DNA of 49,695 nucleotides from a virus (lineage: Duplodnaviria > Caudoviricetes): the IMG/VR virus record IMGVR_UViG_3300037286_000037, positions 1 to 49,695 of that record; one strand, given 5' to 3'. The notes below the pieces were generated by a model. It was not told where the DNA came from and made no database searches. It was given only the letters and a program-made list of their open reading frames with translations. The translations under genes were made by a program, and so were the position numbers. Shown here piece after piece: positions 19,041 through 27,410 of this stretch; position 1 is the stretch's first letter, and each line of letters opens with the position of its first letter.

Positions 19041-19694
19041 TTAAACCCTGACCAGAATATCATCAAGCAATCGTTCAATAGTTATCAGTTGGTTATACGA
19101 AGCAATTTGCAGATAAGATATTTCCGGGGCTGCTCCAATACCCAAGGCTTGTTTGGAAGTTCCCCATAAGGTTGAGATGTTGCGGTCAATCCACATATCT
19201 AATGCCGCCATATCTTCCAAAGTGTTAGGCCATATTTCAAGCACAGTATAGCCCAGGCTTTGCAACACCGCTGCCTGGTCACTGTCTCTACGTTCATGTT
19301 CCAGTGTCAAAGTGTGCCACATAGACTGTACTTGTACCACTACCATAACTGCCGGAAACAAGAAGTCCGCTACCAATCCGCCTAGTTCTGCTCTACCACC
19401 AAACATACCAGATTGCAAGTCAAAGTCAACTCCCGGTATAAAACCGTGGTCAACCAATGCCTGATAAAACAAACGCTCTTGCAATGAACCCATTACATTT
19501 GCTGCCCGGCTTTGCAAGTACATCTCTGCATCAAGTTTGGTACGGATGCCCCTTGGTTTGGCATGCTGCCGTGGCCGGGCTTGCTGCAACAAATCAGTTT
19601 TCAGGGCAGGTCTACGTTTGCGTCTGCGAATTTGCAACGCAACTTTTTTGGGGTAGGGTCTGATAAATCTAGGAAGTTTTACTGATTTAGCCAT
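19041..19694 (-). CDS. DUF559/Vsr-like PD-(D/E)xK-fold protein, possibly degenerate
   Basis: SLQERLFYQAL, VADFLFP, WH...RD...LQSLGYTVLEIW; basic N-terminus; start at ATG 19694 inferred. Confidence 0.7.
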   Translation of the reverse strand: MAKSVKLPRFIRPYPKKVALQIRRRKRRPALKTDLLQQARPRQHAKPRGIRTKLDAEMYLQSRAANVMGSLQERLFYQALVDHGFIPGVDFDLQSGMFGGRAELGGLVADFLFPAVMVVVQVQSMWHTLTLEHERRDSDQAAVLQSLGYTVLEIWPNTLEDMAALDMWIDRNISTLWGTSKQALGIGAAPEISYLQIASYNQLITIERLLDDILVRV

Positions 19695-20158
19695 CCGGTA
19701 ATAATTAACCTTTTTGTACCAATGCAAGTTATTAGAGTAAGTCTAGCATCATCACTTTGTTGGATATACTGTAAATTTTTCTTGCGAACTTCGATTGGTT
19801 GTCCCACGTCCTCTACAATAAGTACACGTTTAACAGTGTATTTATGTACAGTGTTTAGAGTTATTGTGTCTCCTACTTTAACATTTAGAATTGGAGTAAA
19901 TATACCAGGATTGTGACCAACTAAAATTATGTTGCCAATTTCTCCCACTCCTGTAGAGTACACATACCACCCGACATCGTATTCTGGAACTGTAATCATT
20001 GCTCCGTCAGGGGTCACAGTTTGTCCTACACTTATTACAGGAACATTGAACATAATTGAGGGTATTTCTATAGTTATTACGGGGTTAGTGCTTACCAGAG
20101 TAAATGTACTTACTACGGTTGTCAGTATTAGTGTCAGTGTTAGTATTAAACTATACAT
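19679..20158 (-). CDS. Sortase (class F-like)
   Basis: N-terminal hydrophobic anchor; IEIPSI, VGWY, GNIILVGH, VGDTI, RLTLITC, KRLII giving a His-Cys-Arg triad. Confidence 0.88.
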   Translation of the reverse strand: MYSLILTLTLILTTVVSTFTLVSTNPVITIEIPSIMFNVPVISVGQTVTPDGAMITVPEYDVGWYVYSTGVGEIGNIILVGHNPGIFTPILNVKVGDTITLNTVHKYTVKRVLIVEDVGQPIEVRKKNLQYIQQSDDARLTLITCIGTKRLIITGWLNQ

Positions 20159-22154
20159 AAGTAAATGTACAGCGGGCCACAGCTTGCACATCCTCAGTAT
20201 CTTCATAAGCCACTACAAAGAACCTGAGCGATGACAGGTAAGCCGTACCGCTTACTCCATAAATATCCGTTAAAGTTATCGGTGGCACACTACTGCGGGC
20301 TGCTTTTAAGGCTGTTCGTATTTCATCCGCAGTTAGCCCCAACATCTTCCACTGATGGTCAGACAAGTTATCCGACACCATCACTTCACACGTTACCCCA
20401 TATAACACATCGGGCCGTATCATGCACTTCAAAATTATTCGTTTAACTATCGGGGTAGATGCGGCAGATGTCGTGGTGAGTTTCAGTTTGAATTGTATTT
20501 TCTTTCCGGTGGTGCTTGCGGGTAAATCTGTTTCCTGCATATCGGAAGTGTATGTACCAATACTCGTCCAGGTAGTAGTGTCATCTACCCGATAATACGC
20601 TGTGACGCTGGTGTTGGTAGGGAAGTTTCCCCCAATAGTCAGACTGGCAAACGACTTGGGTACACGAGGCATACCCAGGTCAAAGTAGGATGAGTAGAGA
20701 TTTTGTGTGCCTGACGTAGGGTAGCTATCATAGGGTAAGTCTGTTAATGTTTGAAGCTGAATGTATCTGAGTGTGTTGTACCCGGCAACCCCATTATAAA
20801 CAGTGTAAGTTAATCTATCTGCTTCCGGGTCTAACCACATATTATACCCGGTAATACTTGCAATACTTATATCAACAAGTTTGTGCCACCCTACCCCATC
20901 GGTAGCTAAGATAGATATAAACCCGGTTGTTTGTTGACTTTCCTCTGTTGTGTTGGATGCATTAGACTGTGCCATCACATAGAGAAATTTCCCTCTGGCA
21001 GTTAAACCCTGAAAATTTCCAAATTGTTTGTATGGTGGGTTTTCATTCCAGACCGGGGGAGTTATATCTTGTAGCCCTGACTTGTATTTATATAGGGTAT
21101 TTCGTACTGGAAAAATCATAAACCCATTCCACACAATTACGGTAGCAAAATTTAGGGTAGATTTTTCCGAGGCGAAGTCAAGAGTATGGTATGCCAGGTT
21201 ATCCTCATTTACAGTCCAAGCCCCATCCTGCCTAAATACCCACAGTTGATTATTAAATGGGGTAAGGTTTACAATTGGCACACCTACCGGGCCTACGGAA
21301 ACTACGGCAGTATCGGCCACACCACCACCTTCTGCATCTGAACCGGAAGGCTCTGACCAAAAATGTAAGTAAGTTGTGCCGTATTCGTACCCCCAAAAAT
21401 ATCCCCCGAATACTGCCATTTTACCAAAATTATTGGGCGGGTTCCCTGCCGGGCCTGCGTTTGCTGCAATAATTACATAGCTATCAGATGCGGGATTAAC
21501 TGCCCACGTCCCGCTGATAGTTATAGTGGTAGCTGTGTTACTTGCTATTGTACCTGTTGAACCTGTACCTGTTCCATCTACTATTGCTGCACTACCACCT
21601 GCAAAAATATCAGTACCCCATCCGGCGGCTGTGACTGTAAGAGTGTTATTGGTGGCACTAGCAACCGGTGCTACATCACAAACTCTTAATCTGCCAGAGT
21701 TTGCAGCTAGAATATATGTACCAGTATCCAACATATCTCGCATGGTCAGTCCAATGCCTAAGTCACTTAATGCTCCATTAGAAGGACGAACTATGCGAAT
21801 ACCACCAGTGGTAGCTACAACCTTAATTCCCCGGTGAACTAAATATTTTATAACTAATCCAATATCACTGGTATATTCTGTTGGATTTGTAAATAAACTA
21901 ATGTGTTTATGTCGGGTATCAATACCTTGCCCTGAGAATGAATATGATTGTGGCTCCTTAAAATCCCAAGAACCAAAACCGTGCTTAAAACTTTCTTGTC
22001 CAATGTCAAGATAAATCCCCTGTTCTGACCATGCCGGTGTACCAGAAACGGCACGTGGAGCGAAGTCTACAATATCAACCTCGCTCCACGACAGGGGGTC
22101 TATAACAAGAGGGTATGTAGTTCCACTAACAGCGATTGAGATTTGTCCTGTCAT
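20151..22154 (-). CDS. Tail nozzle-like (tubular B/stabilisation) beta-propeller protein
   Basis: 667 aa, beta-rich, blade-like repeats, YFDLGMPRVPKSF motif; position after adaptor. Confidence 0.65.
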   Translation of the reverse strand: MTGQISIAVSGTTYPLVIDPLSWSEVDIVDFAPRAVSGTPAWSEQGIYLDIGQESFKHGFGSWDFKEPQSYSFSGQGIDTRHKHISLFTNPTEYTSDIGLVIKYLVHRGIKVVATTGGIRIVRPSNGALSDLGIGLTMRDMLDTGTYILAANSGRLRVCDVAPVASATNNTLTVTAAGWGTDIFAGGSAAIVDGTGTGSTGTIASNTATTITISGTWAVNPASDSYVIIAANAGPAGNPPNNFGKMAVFGGYFWGYEYGTTYLHFWSEPSGSDAEGGGVADTAVVSVGPVGVPIVNLTPFNNQLWVFRQDGAWTVNEDNLAYHTLDFASEKSTLNFATVIVWNGFMIFPVRNTLYKYKSGLQDITPPVWNENPPYKQFGNFQGLTARGKFLYVMAQSNASNTTEESQQTTGFISILATDGVGWHKLVDISIASITGYNMWLDPEADRLTYTVYNGVAGYNTLRYIQLQTLTDLPYDSYPTSGTQNLYSSYFDLGMPRVPKSFASLTIGGNFPTNTSVTAYYRVDDTTTWTSIGTYTSDMQETDLPASTTGKKIQFKLKLTTTSAASTPIVKRIILKCMIRPDVLYGVTCEVMVSDNLSDHQWKMLGLTADEIRTALKAARSSVPPITLTDIYGVSGTAYLSSLRFFVVAYEDTEDVQAVARCTFTYV

Positions 22155-22171
22155 TAGTACCCCCCTAATCC

Positions 22172-22402
22172 TTACTTCTCAGGTTTACCTTTTGGTTTAG
22201 CCTTACCTTTTGGTTTAGCCTTACCTTTTTCCTCTTTCTCCCCACCCTTAACCTTGCGCTTGGGAGCAGGCTTTTCTTCTTCCATCATCATATCCATAGG
22301 CATCCCCTTGCTATTGGGGCGTTTTACTATCGGTTTACGTTTCATAAACTTTTTATTGGGCATAGGTTCTTCCGGCATTACCGGGATATTATAAGCCATC
22401 AT
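22172..22402 (-). CDS. Small Lys/Met/Pro-rich basic protein
   Basis: 76 aa, AGGAG SD, KGKAKP repeats. Confidence 0.65.
   Translation of the reverse strand: MMAYNIPVMPEEPMPNKKFMKRKPIVKRPNSKGMPMDMMMEEEKPAPKRKVKGGEKEEKGKAKPKGKAKPKGKPEK
22185..22229. repeat. 18 bp tandem repeat x2.5
   Basis: ttaccttttggtttagcc x2 plus ttacctttt. Confidence 0.9.
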
Positions 22403-23505
22403 AAACTCCTGAAAGGGTATTCTGCATCATAACCATTTAAGCTATCCTGGTCATCAGTCATAGTAGTAGCTAGATGCTGCATTTTATTTTCTATTGCGTA
22501 TCGGGCAGCAAGGGCCATAGTAGTCTCGTACATCATACCCCAGTTCTTTATCTCAGATGCGGGCGCACTTGACAATCTGGTATGGTATACCTTGGCCGCT
22601 GCCATCAATTCAACAAATTCTCTTGGGCAAGTAGTTGTAGCTGCTTCGGTAGTGAGTGTATCAAACTCTGCTTCGTATAACAAACGTAACAAAAAGCCCT
22701 CGTAACTGTAGGGATGGGAACCAAGGCGTATCTTGGTGGGGTTAGTAAAAGCGTCCACTGACCACGAAGTTTCAAACATAAAGTTTCTGGCTTCATGACC
22801 TACATCAGCTAAACGATACTTACTGGTTGTGGTTAGTATAGTTGTAAAATTCACACTAACTTCAAGAGTATTGCTGTCAACCACACTAGATACAGTACGG
22901 TAGTCACCTTTAGATGTTCCATCATAAATTCGCACCTGCCACCCTACATGTTCTGATGTGAAAGTTTGACTGGTATCTTTTAACCTATTTTGAGCTACCG
23001 TAGTTGTGTTAGTACCAGTCAAACTATTCACATTACGTTCTACCTGAACTTGTGAAATCCAACGGGGGGAAGGGCTTAAACTGGTTAAGCTGTATTCAGT
23101 ATTAGTATCTAGTTGAATAACCAAAAACTTTTCCTGAACTGAAAACAGATAAGGCCAAGCACTACGTAATGCCCGGTTAATAGCATCGTTGACTTCCAGA
23201 GCCGTAAATTGTGACCATATTTCATATTGGTCAGTAGTGATACCTGCCGCAAGAGGCTCCAACCAGGTAAGAGTTTTAGTTGATTGAGTAGAAGCAGAAA
23301 TTTCCCGTATTTCCCCGGTAGTGGGGAAAAACACATACTGCCCTCGCCAAAAATTATCCGCCTGTAACAGTTTGGTTGTGTCTATTAAGGTTGTAGTTGA
23401 GCCACTTGTAGCGGTTCCGTACCCGGCTGCAAATCTGGTAAAAAATGGTTGGCGTAAATTACGGCCTATTGCTCTACGTAAAGTTGATAGACTTGTGCTT
23501 GCCAT
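22399..23505 (-). CDS. Head-tail adaptor (tubular A-like) with inserted beta domains
   Basis: TSLSTLRRAI...EVNDAINRALRSAW...Y.L pattern; position downstream of capsid genes. Confidence 0.6.
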   Translation of the reverse strand: MASTSLSTLRRAIGRNLRQPFFTRFAAGYGTATSGSTTTLIDTTKLLQADNFWRGQYVFFPTTGEIREISASTQSTKTLTWLEPLAAGITTDQYEIWSQFTALEVNDAINRALRSAWPYLFSVQEKFLVIQLDTNTEYSLTSLSPSPRWISQVQVERNVNSLTGTNTTTVAQNRLKDTSQTFTSEHVGWQVRIYDGTSKGDYRTVSSVVDSNTLEVSVNFTTILTTTSKYRLADVGHEARNFMFETSWSVDAFTNPTKIRLGSHPYSYEGFLLRLLYEAEFDTLTTEAATTTCPREFVELMAAAKVYHTRLSSAPASEIKNWGMMYETTMALAARYAIENKMQHLATTMTDDQDSLNGYDAEYPFRSL

Positions 23506-23518
23506 TCCGTTTTATCCT

Positions 23519-24178
23519 TTACCCCTCTTGCCATATCAAGGGGTCAGCTTCGCCTGAATTGGCTCCCCGCCATTGCTCAAGTTCGTGAAACGGTTTTGTA
23601 CCTACAGCCGCCTTACGAACATCCTCTGCCCACTTAGCCATTCGTAAAGTTTTTTCCCATTCCTCTGCGAACGGGGCAGGTACAGTATTCTTTCCGGGAG
23701 AAATTACTAATCGCACACCATTTATTGTCAGGGGGATGCTTTCATCTTTAGGGTTATTTATAATCCCCTTGGGTGCAGTTTCAAGTAGTTTTGTAAACGC
23801 TGCCCTTTTCTGCTTTACCCTGTGTTCACCTTCTGACTTTATTTGAGCTAACATCTGTGCCTGAATGTGAGGGTCAATAGGGTTAGCTTCGGCGGTTTTT
23901 AGTAATTTCTCCCTGGAAAGTTTTATAGCTTCCGCAGACCGGGCCTTGTCATTAGCTACAGTCTGTTGAAGCTGTTGGTACTCCTTGTCCCGACTATCAA
24001 GAGCAGCTTTCATATTAAGGAACGCTTCATTCATTAATCTAAGTTGCCGTTCCTGTTCCTCTAATCGGGTAACAAGGATGGTAAGTGCGGGGCTTTGTTC
24101 ATCCATCAAGGCAACGCTGCCCCGCACCGGAATTGGACTATTCACTTTTATAATTCTTTTACTACCAGACATTTGCAT
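23519..24178 (-). CDS. Capsid-region conserved hypothetical protein (coiled coil plus small C-terminal domain)
   Basis: IPLTINGVRLVISPGKNTVPAPFAE motif; located after capsid genes. Confidence 0.65.
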   Translation of the reverse strand: MQMSGSKRIIKVNSPIPVRGSVALMDEQSPALTILVTRLEEQERQLRLMNEAFLNMKAALDSRDKEYQQLQQTVANDKARSAEAIKLSREKLLKTAEANPIDPHIQAQMLAQIKSEGEHRVKQKRAAFTKLLETAPKGIINNPKDESIPLTINGVRLVISPGKNTVPAPFAEEWEKTLRMAKWAEDVRKAAVGTKPFHELEQWRGANSGEADPLIWQEG

Positions 24179-24230
24179 GCCCCCTATGCAATATCATACC
24201 ACATCACACAACATTACGCAACATCATATG

Positions 24231-24653
24231 TTAGCTAAGGTCTAATGGTGCTACCCACAGGGTCAGTTTCAACCCGGTATCAGCCCCGGTAGACACATTA
24301 GCAGCAGTCAACAGGACACGTGCGCCGTATTCAGGGTTACTCAGGGCAATTCGGCTGTTAGTCAAATCATCCAAGTCCTGAATACCTTGTACCAGCGTAC
24401 CCGTACCTGCACCAGTGGCCCAACTATCAATTTCAGTGTCAGTACCATAGGTGCTGCCATCGGTGCTGGTGTCATATTCCAATGTCAGGGTAGTAGTATC
24501 AAACGTATCATTCGCATCTTCCACTACCCAATCAATGAAGAATACTTTACAATCCATGTGGATGTACCCAAGCACAACATCGGTAAGGGCATCCACCGCA
24601 CCTTGATAGTGAAAAGTGATGGGGATTAAAAACCCCGGAGTTAAGAAAGCCAT
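24231..24653 (-). CDS. Putative capsid decoration/cement protein
   Basis: 140 aa, acidic and beta-rich, strong AAGGAG SD, directly after the major capsid gene. Confidence 0.6.
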   Translation of the reverse strand: MAFLTPGFLIPITFHYQGAVDALTDVVLGYIHMDCKVFFIDWVVEDANDTFDTTTLTLEYDTSTDGSTYGTDTEIDSWATGAGTGTLVQGIQDLDDLTNSRIALSNPEYGARVLLTAANVSTGADTGLKLTLWVAPLDLS

Positions 24654-24676
24654 TTCATTTGCTCCTTTTAGAGTGT

Positions 24677-24705
24677 ATCAGGGCTACAACCAGTGTAGCC
24701 CTGAT
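24677..24705 (-). terminator. Perfect 12 bp stem-loop after the capsid stop (stabiliser or attenuator)
   Basis: atcagggctaca-accag-tgtagccctgat; no U-tract. Confidence 0.65.
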
Positions 24706-24713
24706 GCAATTAT

Positions 24714-26644
24714 TTAGCCTAACGTAGTAGCATGTTCAACCCGCACGTAGAAGTTGGCATCAAGCGGTTTAGCTACAAAGGTCGTGTACCAGGCAATACT
24801 GGCCCGTTGGTTAAAGGGGTCGATAGAACCGCTGGAACCAAAGTCGTGTTGAATGAGGCGCAAAGGCCGTACTTTTTGGAAAGTGTTATTCCCTTGCTTC
24901 ATCCCCTTCACGGCTGCGGGCATGTAAGCTGCCAGACCACCAATACCAAAAGCTTGTTTACCCAATATCAGCGTGTTATACACATTGATGCTGCTAGCTC
25001 CGGCTGCGGTATTCACATACCCATTAGGGGTGCAGTAAAAGCTAAGGCCAAACGCATCACCAATGTAGCCAGTCATCCAGGGATTAGTGTCACCACGTTC
25101 TTTGGAGTAAGACAACACAGCTTGGGTAATCGGGTCTTGGTAAAGGTCGTATTCAGTGTAAGGGTGAATTAGCGCCGGAAACGTACCGTTGATAGGCACA
25201 GCTTTGTTAGCCTTTAGAGTAGCCAAGGCTTCCAGGGCTTCGCTGGCAGAGAATAAATCGGTGCTGTCTACGGTGACGGTGCTGGTAGCATCATTAGCAT
25301 ACTGGGCGCTGCCGCTGGCAACCAGAGCAGTACGGGTTAACTGGTCAAGACTATCGCCAGCTTGTTCACCAAGAGCGTCACTGGCTTCCGCTGCTACTTT
25401 ATCAATCATTCTGTTACTTTTAAACCTAGCTACTTGACAAATCTACAAAGTTGCTAGGCGGGTAGTCATTTCTGCTACCTCTTACAGTTTTTATTCCTGT
25501 AAGTTCAGACTATCACTTCACCTTTCGGTGTCCCTTCGATTAGTCGTTGCGGCTGCAACTAGCTTAAGCTAGGCTTGCCTCTGGTTGCCATTTCAGGGTT
25601 CCCAAGTTATTTAGAAGGGATTTTACTTCGGCAATGATTTGTTTACCGAATTGTGCAAGTTTGCGACTGTAGCGTACATACGAACCGTATTGGTCTACAG
25701 TTCCAGTAGTGCTAGTGATACTAATTTCTTCACTGTCAGGCGTAATACCCTCAGTCAGCGGAGTGGTCACGGCAGAAAAAGCCGCCATTTTCCGCCATTG
25801 GATGGTGTCACCCTGATTTTCCGGGAGCATAGTCGGGGGATGTACCCCGGTCTGCCCAAAGTACAAGTGGGTGAAAGGCGGAATAGCCCGCTTCAAGAGG
25901 GCCAGTTCATAACATTCTGTTACTTATTAACCTGATTATCAGGCGGGTAGTCATTTCTGCTACCTCTTACAGTTTTTATTCCTGTAAGTTCGGACTATCG
26001 CATCCTCTTTCGAGGCTCTTTCGCTTAGTCTCTGCAACTGACCGGGACGTATGGAGTAGTTTTACGTCCATTAAGTGCTTTTAATTTTTCCCATAAACTG
26101 TGCCGCCATTTTCGTTCTTCATCAGACAAACCTTTACGCCAATCATGTGTATAGGCTTCTTTATTATTTAAGTACTCTAATATGACATTAGCTTGGGAAA
26201 CTTTTATTTTTAAGTGTGGTAATAATAAAGTCAATAACTCTACATAATACTTATTCCACACATTAAAAATTTTCATCCCATTACCTAAATCTTGTAATCT
26301 GCCTATACCAAGACTTTGCAACCAATGTGCTAATTCATCACTACTTGTATGAATAGTGATTTTAAATTGATAACGGTTGCCTGAAAATACACAGTTTATA
26401 CTTCCTTCGCCATCCAAAATACCAGCTAAATAACCTACTTCATAAGCACTTAATTTTAACATTTAACTCTCCTTAGTATGTGCTATTTAGTATTATAACA
26501 CACACCTTAGGTTAGTCAAATTCACAGCCTTGTTGTGGGTGAGCATTTCAGCTTTTCCCATTTAATTAGAAAGAGTTTTACAACCTCCTATGAATTGAAG
26601 GTTCGTTGTTCCGCAGTAAGGGAACTGTAAGTTGCAGTAGCCAT
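24714..26644 (-). CDS. Major capsid protein (N4-gp56-like), 335 aa, spliced from exons 26644-26598, 25912-25645 and 25406-24714
   Basis: Joined exons read in frame MATATYSSLTAEQRTFYELALLKRAIP...PENQGDTIQWRK...PLTEGITP...QYG...AQFGIDKVAAEASDALGEQAG...DPFNQRASIAW; AAGGAG SD before ATG 26644; follows scaffold gene. Confidence 0.92.
25407..25644 (-). ncRNA. Group I intron 2 (238 nt, no ORF)
   Basis: Exon ends UUCGGU, pairing with IGS GCCGAA (U-G at splice site); P3 UCCCUUC/GAAGGGA; P7 GACUA/UAGUC; P8 CACC-GAAA-GGUG; terminal G; splicing restores frame. Confidence 0.92.
25456..25999. repeat. 59 bp direct repeat (25456-25514 and 25941-25999), one mismatch
   Basis: aggcgggtagtcatttctgctacctcttacagtttttattcctgtaagttc(a/g)gactatc; the P7'/P9 region of both introns. 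Confidence 0.95.
26025..26462 (-). CDS. LAGLIDADG homing endonuclease (single motif)
   Basis: YLAGILDGEGS and LLPHLKIKVSQA motifs; AGGAG SD; last codons overlap intron P7. Confidence 0.9.
   Translation of the reverse strand: MLKLSAYEVGYLAGILDGEGSINCVFSGNRYQFKITIHTSSDELAHWLQSLGIGRLQDLGNGMKIFNVWNKYYVELLTLLLPHLKIKVSQANVILEYLNNKEAYTHDWRKGLSDEERKWRHSLWEKLKALNGRKTTPYVPVSCRD
26492..26519 (-). promoter_or_regulatory. Intron-internal sigma70 promoter for the endonuclease
   Basis: TTGACT-16 bp-TATAAT with extended -10 TG. Confidence 0.75.
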
Positions 26645-26654
26645 TATCTTCTCC

Positions 26655-27410
26655 TTATCCTACAGATGGAAATTCTGATAAATCAATATTACCCCACCGG
26701 GCTTTATCGAGCAACACTTCAAATTCATCATCGCTCATTTCATGCAATGCCCGTTTACCGGGGCCGGGGCCACCCTGTGCGCCGATTTTCGGTGCTTGTG
26801 TACCGGGGGCCTTTTGTTTTGTGAGCGCACCTTGCAAGGCTTTATTCTCCTTGGCAAGTTTCTCACGTTCCTGGTGAAACCACGCCAGAAGTTGATGCTG
26901 CCACTGTAACGGGTCATCCCCCTGGATAACTTCATTTGGCGCACCCCACCCACTATAGTAATCTTGCCACGTGCGCCGGGCTAAAGTATCTTCAAGGTCT
27001 GCCAGCCTTTGTTGCATCTGGTCACGTTGCATAGACAATTGTTTGGTTTGTGCTTCCCCTTCATCTAAACCGGCCAGTTCATATTGCGCTAACGCCTGTT
27101 CAGTGTGTTGAAGTTTGCCACTTAATTGTGCTACAGCATTGCGTAACCAATCAACTTCATTATCTTTATTAGCGTAACCAGGTATATTTGGTAGCGGTTT
27201 TGGTGCTGGTTCAGGTTCGGGTGCGGGGTCAGGTTTAGTAGGACTGGTAAGAGCAGGTTCAACAGGGGCAGCAGCACCCTCTACAACACCAGGGTCTACA
27301 GGCGCTTCGCCCATTTCTGCCCCGGCATCGCTAAGTTCACTGCCACCATCACCGCCATCAATATCATAGTTGAATAGGGAATATTTTAATTCCCAAGGTT
27401 TCATAAACAT
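26655..27410 (-). CDS. Capsid scaffolding protein
   Basis: Acidic/Pro-rich N-terminus, coiled coil, C-terminal EMSDDEFE helix; directly upstream of capsid gene. Confidence 0.75.
   Translation of the reverse strand: MFMKPWELKYSLFNYDIDGGDGGSELSDAGAEMGEAPVDPGVVEGAAAPVEPALTSPTKPDPAPEPEPAPKPLPNIPGYANKDNEVDWLRNAVAQLSGKLQHTEQALAQYELAGLDEGEAQTKQLSMQRDQMQQRLADLEDTLARRTWQDYYSGWGAPNEVIQGDDPLQWQHQLLAWFHQEREKLAKENKALQGALTKQKAPGTQAPKIGAQGGPGPGKRALHEMSDDEFEVLLDKARWGNIDLSEFPSVG

Larger units (their letters stand above)
25913..26597 (-). mobile_element. Group I intron 1 (685 nt) carrying a homing endonuclease
   Basis: Exon ends AACCUU, pairing with IGS GAGGUU; P10 UUCAUAG/UUAUGAA; P3 CUCUUUC/GAAAGAG; P7 GACUA/UAGUC; P8 CCUC-GAAA-GAGG; terminal G. 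Confidence 0.92.

Noticed and set aside
25564-25896. 110 aa ORF and 231 aa ORF (24714-25409) as separate genes or a pseudogene
   Set aside because: They are exons 2 and 3 of the capsid gene; the ATG at 25409 is the last three bases of intron 2
25456-25999. 59 bp repeat pair as CRISPR, att sites or DGR template/variable repeats
   Set aside because: Only two copies, explained by intron cores; no reverse transcriptase, integrase or adenine-specific mismatch pattern
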